Source: an uncultured Verrucomicrobiae bacterium
Lineage (GTDB): Bacteria > Verrucomicrobiota > Verrucomicrobiia > Chthoniobacterales > UBA10450
Length of the DNA stretch: 64,000 nucleotides
Reading direction: 5' to 3'
Assembly: GCA_963801815.1 (NCBI GenBank)
Contig: CAWDGJ010000003.1
Location: forward strand, 704,001 to 768,000
Every line of letters begins with the position of its first letter. The first letter of the stretch is position 1. A program made the position numbers and the translations under genes. This document shows, piece by piece, positions 58,142 through 64,000 of this stretch. The notes beneath the pieces were generated by a model, which was given only the letters and a program-made list of their open reading frames with translations, was not told where the DNA came from and ran no database searches.

Positions 58142-59206
58142 CTACTCAACGATCTTCGGAGCCACGCTCCTGGCTTCGAAAATCATCGGTATTAGCGTGT
58201 TGCGACGGGTTCCGAATCGGAATCCGGCGCGGCGAGGAGCCCGCCATGTCGGCCCGGGACGTTCGGCGAGCATGCGCGCCAGTGTGAAGAGCGATTCGAA
58301 CCAAACGCCAAGGCGTCCTGCGACCGATCGTGATTCAATGCTCTCGAACGGTAGAAGCAGCGCGGCCCGATCGTTCGCGCTCAGCTGGGTGAGGTTTCGC
58401 TCTCGACTCTCGTGCAATGCCAACTCGGCCGCGATTTTTCGCGAGGCAGCCCGGGACGGATCGGGTTGGAGACTAAGTTGATCCCCGTGGCAGCGCCACA
58501 TCGCCAATTTTTCGGGAACGTGAACGGTGCCAGTCGAGCTCGTCAGGCGAAGCAGCCACTTGAAATCGGCGACGGAACCGATCGCGGTGTCAAAAGGAGC
58601 AGCGGCGCGAGCGAGTGGGGCTCGGACCAGAAGTTGGTTGAGCGAGAGATAAACGCTGCGTCCGTCGAAATGGAGAAGCCAATCGTGCGGGACCCGCCGG
58701 AAATTCATCTTGGTCGGCGCTTCGCCGGGAACCACGGTGCACACCACATCAAGGCTTAATAAATTTCTGGCCGAGCGTTTGCTCATTGTGCCGATCAACT
58801 TTTCTGCGGAAAGCGGGTCGCCATGTCGATCGATGAGTAAAACGTCGGAGACAGCGATTCCCGCTTCAGGACATCGTGTGAAACCGTCGAGCAACTCCGC
58901 CAAAAATTCCGGTGCCATCGAGTCGTCGCAGGTGGCGATGTGAATGAATTCGCCGGCGGCCAATTCAAATCCGCGGTTGAGCGCGGCATAGAGTCCTTCG
59001 CGCGGAACTTGATGAAGTTTAAAACGCGAATCATTTTTGGCGACTGACTGGAAGAGTTCCCAGCTTCCGTCGGTTGACTCGCTGTCCAGAACGATCGCCT
59101 CCCAATCGGCGAATGTTTGCTTGAACAGCGATTCAATTCGCGGTTCGAGAAATTTCCGCGCGTTGAGCGACGGCAGCAGAAGCGAAACTTTCGGCGTGTT
59201 TGCCAC
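58142..59206 (-). CDS. Glycosyltransferase family 2
   Basis: VSLLLPSLN, DSESTDGS, ALNRG, TCDD. Confidence 0.85.
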   Translation of the reverse strand: MANTPKVSLLLPSLNARKFLEPRIESLFKQTFADWEAIVLDSESTDGSWELFQSVAKNDSRFKLHQVPREGLYAALNRGFELAAGEFIHIATCDDSMAPEFLAELLDGFTRCPEAGIAVSDVLLIDRHGDPLSAEKLIGTMSKRSARNLLSLDVVCTVVPGEAPTKMNFRRVPHDWLLHFDGRSVYLSLNQLLVRAPLARAAAPFDTAIGSVADFKWLLRLTSSTGTVHVPEKLAMWRCHGDQLSLQPDPSRAASRKIAAELALHESRERNLTQLSANDRAALLLPFESIESRSVAGRLGVWFESLFTLARMLAERPGPTWRAPRRAGFRFGTRRNTLIPMIFEARSVAPKIVE

Positions 59207-60375
59207 TACGATTGCGGAGCCAAGCAGCGACGGGTCGATTCAAATTCGTCGAGCAACCCGAACAGGCCTTTGGCGAAATCGCGGCCGGTAAAGCGCCGCG
59301 CGCGCTCCGTGCCACGGCGAATCAGTTCTTCGCGCTTTGCTTTGTTCTGGAAAACCAGCTTGAGCGCGTCCGCGATTTCCAGGTCGTTCGAAGGATTCAC
59401 GCGGATCGCCGCGTCGCCGAGTTGTTCGTTCGCGCCTGGAACATCTGCGGCAATAACGGGGCATCCCAACCCAAATGCTTCCAGCGGCGGTAGATTTTCC
59501 GGTCCGAAAAAACTCACATAGCAAAGACAAAGCGCGTTTTGATAAAGCGCTTTCAAGGTTGAACGCGAAACATGTCCGAGAAGAAATATCTGGTCGCGCA
59601 ACTGCATCTTGTCGGCCAGTTCGCGCACGGCACGCTCATTTCCCTGATCTGAACCGGTGAAGACCACCGGCAACCGTAAATTCTCGGTCTCCTTGAGATG
59701 GCCGAGCGCTCTCACGATAGCGGCGTGATTCTTGTGCGTCCAGAATTGTGCCGGATAAAAAATGTAATCGGGAGGCAATTTGTACTTCGCAAGTCTTCCC
59801 TTATCGCGAGCAGTCTCCTCCAGAGCAAACTTCGGAGTTGGGTGTGGAAGAATTCTGATCTTTTCATCGGGCGTTCCATAAAACCTTTGAACTTCGTTCT
59901 TCCCCGCCTCGGTGCCGACAATGACAAACGCAGCATGTTTCAGGACCTGTGAATAAAAGATCTCACGCTTTTCCCACTCGCCATTCGCACTTACTTCGGG
60001 GAAGGACGGCTGGAGTCGATGCTGCAAATCCCAAACGAGGGCCGAGAAGGGAATGGTCAAAGTGACTGCCTCAAATGTCGTATTGAGGAAGAACTCGATT
60101 CCTTCCCGGTTCAGCACGTTGTCGATCCATCGGTGTTCCCAGGGAAATCTTCGCTTGCCCAGGACAAGGTGATCCGAGAGCGGTCGTTTCATGGTAACGT
60201 GTTTGAAGCCGGGCGACCGATTGCCTGCTTTGGCGCCACGAAAATTTTCAAAAACCACGAATTCGTGTTGCGAAGCGGGTGCCAATTCCAAGATGCGTTC
60301 GAAGATTTCCTGCTCGAAAGTGTAGCCGCCCCCGATCTCCTCCGGCGCAATGGGCGATAAAATGCCGACTCTCAT
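59206..60375 (-). CDS. GT-B glycosyltransferase (GT4)
   Basis: YPAQFWTHKNH, ENLPPLEAFGLGCPVI. Confidence 0.88.
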   Translation of the reverse strand: MRVGILSPIAPEEIGGGYTFEQEIFERILELAPASQHEFVVFENFRGAKAGNRSPGFKHVTMKRPLSDHLVLGKRRFPWEHRWIDNVLNREGIEFFLNTTFEAVTLTIPFSALVWDLQHRLQPSFPEVSANGEWEKREIFYSQVLKHAAFVIVGTEAGKNEVQRFYGTPDEKIRILPHPTPKFALEETARDKGRLAKYKLPPDYIFYPAQFWTHKNHAAIVRALGHLKETENLRLPVVFTGSDQGNERAVRELADKMQLRDQIFLLGHVSRSTLKALYQNALCLCYVSFFGPENLPPLEAFGLGCPVIAADVPGANEQLGDAAIRVNPSNDLEIADALKLVFQNKAKREELIRRGTERARRFTGRDFAKGLFGLLDEFESTRRCLAPQS

Positions 60376-61139
60376 GTCTTGCGGGCGACAGCCACGATGT
60401 GCCAGGTATCATCGGTGATCGTCCCAGTTTTGTTGAAACCGGCGAAAAACTTCACGAGCTCAAAGTTTGCACCGGCAACAAAGGATTCCATTTCGTCGAC
60501 TGAGAAAAATCGATTGGTATGCGCTTCGCGCAAAATCGAAGACGAACCATTGCCGGCTTTCTCGTCGACCACATATTCAACATTGGCCAGTCGATTCTTG
60601 CGATCGAGGGTTGTAGTCGAGGTCCGAATAATCTCGCCGTTCGCGGTTTTCAATTTTCGGACTCGCGTCGGCGAATATTGATTCAACATCGGGGGCGCGT
60701 GCCAGAATTCGAAAATGAAAAGGCCGCCCGGACACAAATGATTCCAAATTTGAGTGAAGCCGTCGCGCAGCGCTTCGTCGGTTTTCAAATACCCGATCGA
60801 ATCGAACAAACAAATGACGGCGTCGAATTCTTTCCCCGGCAATTCAAACTGTCGCATGTCGACAGGCGCGAACACAACCTTCGAGCTGTTTTTGGACGCG
60901 CGCCGGCGCGCAATCTCCAGCATGTCGGGCGAGCGATCGGTTGCGGTGATTTGGTAACCGAATTTTTCGAGCTCAACAGCATGCCGGCCGGTGCCAGACG
61001 CCAGTTCTAAAATTTCGCGCGTTGGACGGGTCGCGAATTCCTGCAGGCAGTCGCGCACGAAGGCCGCTTCTGCTGCGTACGGTTTGTCCGCGTAAAAGAG
61101 ATCGTAGAGCTCGGCGTAGCGGCCGGCGTAATTCGTCAT
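60372..61139 (-). CDS. Class I SAM-dependent methyltransferase
   Basis: Start MTNYAGRYAELYD at 61139; LELASGTGRH, DMRQF, FDAVICLF. Confidence 0.88.
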   Translation of the reverse strand: MTNYAGRYAELYDLFYADKPYAAEAAFVRDCLQEFATRPTREILELASGTGRHAVELEKFGYQITATDRSPDMLEIARRRASKNSSKVVFAPVDMRQFELPGKEFDAVICLFDSIGYLKTDEALRDGFTQIWNHLCPGGLFIFEFWHAPPMLNQYSPTRVRKLKTANGEIIRTSTTTLDRKNRLANVEYVVDEKAGNGSSSILREAHTNRFFSVDEMESFVAGANFELVKFFAGFNKTGTITDDTWHIVAVARKT

Positions 61140-62266
61140 GCCGTGACTTTCGTTCTGGCCGTTGCCGCGATATGGGAAACGGTCTCGACGATTTTGCGAA
61201 TCGTTTTCTCCGGCAACGTCGCACTCGATGGCAAATAGAACCCGGTGTTCCAAAGAGATTCGGCGACGGGACAATCAACTCGCCGATAGCCCGGCTGCTT
61301 TTGCAACACCGGCTGAAGATTCATCGGACAAAAAAACGTGCGCGTGTCGACACCTGCTTCGCGCAGTCGAGATTGTAATTCGTCGCGAGACATTTCGAAC
61401 TCTGGTTGGACTACGACGCCGTACATCCAGTAAATGTGCCGGCCCCGCTTCGCCGGAACGGGAATTTGCAGCCCGCGAAGATTGCTCAGGAGTCCGTTGT
61501 AAGTATTCGCGACGCGAATTTTATCAGCAATGATCTTTTCGATTTTGCTGTGCTGGACCAGCCCCATCGCGGCTTGATAACCGGTCATTCGGAAATTGTA
61601 CCCGGCGACCTCGTGCCGAAAACGCGGTGTGGTGAACCCGAGATTCCGCAACAGTTTAAGTTTTTCGGCAAGCTTCGAGTTGTTGGTCACAATCATTCCG
61701 CCTTCCCCGGTGGTGATGATTTTGTTCGCGTAAAAGCTGAAACAGCCCATCTCACCGAAGCTGCCGGTTTTTTGATCGCAAAAGGTTGCACCGTGAGATT
61801 CGGCACAGTCTTCGATCACTGCGAGATTGTGTTTCCGCGCAATCTGGCAAAGACGATCCATATCGACGGGATGACCGAAGAGGTGAACCGGTATGATCGC
61901 GCGCGTACGCGGGGTGATTAAGTCTTCGATTAAATCGAGATCCAAATTCCAGGTGTTCGGTTCGGAATCGACAGGAATGGGCACGAGATTGTTGTGATAG
62001 GCGGCGAGCGCGGTGGCAATGTTCGTGGACGCGCTGACCAAAATCTCTTCGCCGGATTCGAGTTCCAGCGCGGCGACAGCAAGCTGGAGAGCCGCCGTCC
62101 CGCTGCTGAGTGCGATTCCAAACTTGCACCCGCAATAATCGGCGAACGCTTGTTCAAAGTGTGGAATCGATTCGCCAAAAGAGCCCGAGATTTCACCGCG
62201 TCGAATCGCCTCGGCGACCGCCGCGATCTCTTCTTCGCCGATATCCGGCTCAAAAACGGGAATCAT
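61136..62266 (-). CDS. DegT/DnrJ PLP aminotransferase (perosamine synthase-like)
   Basis: SSGTAAL, PVHLFGHP, EDCAESHG, SFYANKIITTGEGG, GYNFRM. Confidence 0.92.
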   Translation of the reverse strand: MIPVFEPDIGEEEIAAVAEAIRRGEISGSFGESIPHFEQAFADYCGCKFGIALSSGTAALQLAVAALELESGEEILVSASTNIATALAAYHNNLVPIPVDSEPNTWNLDLDLIEDLITPRTRAIIPVHLFGHPVDMDRLCQIARKHNLAVIEDCAESHGATFCDQKTGSFGEMGCFSFYANKIITTGEGGMIVTNNSKLAEKLKLLRNLGFTTPRFRHEVAGYNFRMTGYQAAMGLVQHSKIEKIIADKIRVANTYNGLLSNLRGLQIPVPAKRGRHIYWMYGVVVQPEFEMSRDELQSRLREAGVDTRTFFCPMNLQPVLQKQPGYRRVDCPVAESLWNTGFYLPSSATLPEKTIRKIVETVSHIAATARTKVTA

Positions 62267-62325
62267 TATTTAAGAGGTGACGAGTGACATGTGACCGGTG
62301 ACCAACAAGACCATTTTATTTCATC

Positions 62326-62748
62326 CTAATCGGAGGCCTTCTTCACGTTGACGTTGATCTTATCATTTTCGGTGCCCAGAAACGGTCCCTGTTTTACGCT
62401 CACTGCCTGAAAATCTTCCAGCACCCGGAGTGCGTGAACCCCGTGGATCAAAACAATCGCATCGCCCGGTCCAAGCTCAATCTCGCGCAACCGTTTGCCG
62501 TCATCGCTGTAAAGGTCGATCACAATGCGACCGCGCTGCATGACGAACATTTGCTGGAGATCGCTGACTTCGCGCGGGAACGGCTTGTGGTAGTGGGGCG
62601 GCTCTGAAAATCCCGCCCGGTGGGCAAGGAGACCAAACTGAAACGACGACTCCGGCGGCGAAAAGAATTGTGTTTTGTCGACCGAGACGTTAGCGCGAAT
62701 GACTTCCGCGTATTTGATTCCGCCGTAGGTAATGACCTCCGCAGTCAT
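62326..62748 (-). CDS. Cupin-fold protein in polysaccharide locus
   Basis: PHYH..GVH..VKQGP. Confidence 0.7.
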   Translation of the reverse strand: MTAEVITYGGIKYAEVIRANVSVDKTQFFSPPESSFQFGLLAHRAGFSEPPHYHKPFPREVSDLQQMFVMQRGRIVIDLYSDDGKRLREIELGPGDAIVLIHGVHALRVLEDFQAVSVKQGPFLGTENDKINVNVKKASD

Positions 62749-63080
62749 GACATGTGGGGGCCGAGCGAGCCCAACCCGGCGAGTTTGTTTTGGCGAAGGT
62801 CGTAAACTTCCATGTTTTCAATCGTCTGAAATCGCTCCGGGCCCGTGAGATAGTTTAGTTTTCCATATTTATCTCGCGAATCGCGCCAACGCGCATCGAT
62901 GCTCAGAAGTCCGATCTCCCCGCTAAAGCCGGAATCTCGCAAAAGATCGTTGATATTGTCGCGCGAGATCCAGGCGCATTTTGCGATCAGAGAATGGCGC
63001 CAGTAAGACGAATATATCTCGCCCCGCATCTCGGCCAACTCGCTGCGAAGCCGCGAAGAATTATTGAACGGGAACATCAT
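62745..63080 (-). pseudogene. Probably internally deleted remnant of a methyltransferase-like polysaccharide-locus gene
   Basis: WISRDNINDLLRDSGFSGEIGLLSID joined directly to RDSRDKYGKLNYLTG; the recalled IDGNDYW core is missing. Confidence 0.55.
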
Positions 63081-63120
63081 GCGAATCGAATTTGGACATG
63101 AAAAGGTCCGAATGTGCGGC

Positions 63121-64000
63121 TCAAGTCACCATTGAAACGGCATCCTTGCGAACCGGTGATTGCGGGTAAACGTCGTCCGCTTTTTGCCAAGTTACATTCG
63201 CATAAATATGACCGAGCTCTTCGCTTGAGAACCCATCGAACCTGTCTGCGATCGTGGCAACGATTTTAAAAGTGAGCGCCTGCGGGCGCCGATCGTAAAG
63301 CTTTGTTCTCGGCGTGTGCAGAGCAAGAGTGATGGAATAGCTTCCCGGCAGTAGCAAACGGCCGGGAATGAGGGCCGCAATTTTGTGTTCGCCAGGTGTT
63401 TCAATTGAAATCGCCGGTTCCGCCATTGAGGTAGTGGAATAAAAAACATGGTCGCCCTTGAAATTGAAGACGTCGAATGAGAGCTGGAGACCCGGGATTT
63501 GGCGGTGCACGTTGAATAAACATTTAAGAAGCACCGGCTCACTGGTGTTGAAGGAAGTTGTGGTCTGGCCGCCGGGCCCGTACAAACCCGCGAAGCCGAG
63601 GACTGCGTCGCCATCCTTTTGGGGGAAGTGAATGATTGGAGCGTGCTGTGGTTCTTGTTCGCCGCCCAAATAAGCGCCCACCACCTCGGACGTATCGCCG
63701 GATTTAGCAATCTCACCTTGCCGTAGCAGGATACATCGAGAGCAAAGCCGGCAAATCGCATCCATGTTGTGGCTGACGAAGATTACCGTTCGTCCTTCTT
63801 TTGCCGCGACGTCTTCCATCTTCGCGAGACACTTTTTCTGAAACTCGGCGTCGCCCACGGCGAGAACTTCGTCGATTAACAGAATTTCGGGATCGAGATG
63901 GGCCGCGACAGCGAAGGCGAGTCGCACGTACATTCCACTGGAGTAACGTTTGACCGGCGTGTCGAGAAATCTTTCGACCTCCGAGAAGGCCACGATCTCG
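63121..64000 (-). CDS. Wzt-like polysaccharide ABC transporter ATPase with C-terminal substrate-binding domain (5' end outside window)
   Basis: [27 protein letters not shown]; Wzt_C-like tail. Confidence 0.93.
   Translation of the reverse strand, partial: EIVAFSEVERFLDTPVKRYSSGMYVRLAFAVAAHLDPEILLIDEVLAVGDAEFQKKCLAKMEDVAAKEGRTVIFVSHNMDAICRLCSRCILLRQGEIAKSGDTSEVVGAYLGGEQEPQHAPIIHFPQKDGDAVLGFAGLYGPGGQTTTSFNTSEPVLLKCLFNVHRQIPGLQLSFDVFNFKGDHVFYSTTSMAEPAISIETPGEHKIAALIPGRLLLPGSYSITLALHTPRTKLYDRRPQALTFKIVATIADRFDGFSSEELGHIYANVTWQKADDVYPQSPVRKDAVSMVT

Noticed and set aside
61140..61274. Longer methyltransferase start
   Set aside because: Overlaps the aminotransferase; ATGA coupling supports a start at 61139.
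1..64000. tRNA, rRNA, prophage or integrase
   Set aside because: None recognised by eye; tRNAscan-SE and Infernal were not run, so small RNAs could be missed.

Overview
Bacterial chromosomal window. The gene set and lineage-typical hypothetical proteins suggest a soil Verrucomicrobiota genome (Chthoniobacterales/'Ca. Udaeobacter'-like); this is inference only. From left to right it holds: a stress/efflux block (S9 peptidase, DHA2 MFS, UBP zinc finger, cNMP-TrxR-like oxidoreductase, frameshifted RND pump, chloroperoxidase, ADH, Dps); transporters; a RAYT-type Y1 transposase flanked by REP palindromes; lipA; two tandem msrB paralogues, one with no cysteine; a large secreted beta-propeller protein; a ribBA-dsbA-vkor-ribH-nusB-ftsY cluster; a lipoprotein / helical protein / papain-protease operon; a nucleoside phosphorylase with altered motifs; fcl-gnnA-like-lpxB-GT39-HIT; iscA-like; mutL; gmd; and the end of an ABC-exported polysaccharide locus. 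The strongest non-gene signal is about nine families of short palindromic or dispersed repeats, plus heptamer/octamer-armed elements. Several lie in-frame inside protein-coding genes (ftsY, mutL, an MFS, a DMT) or supply stop codons. I saw no rRNA, tRNA or CRISPR array. All calls come from motif recognition by eye; no searches were run.
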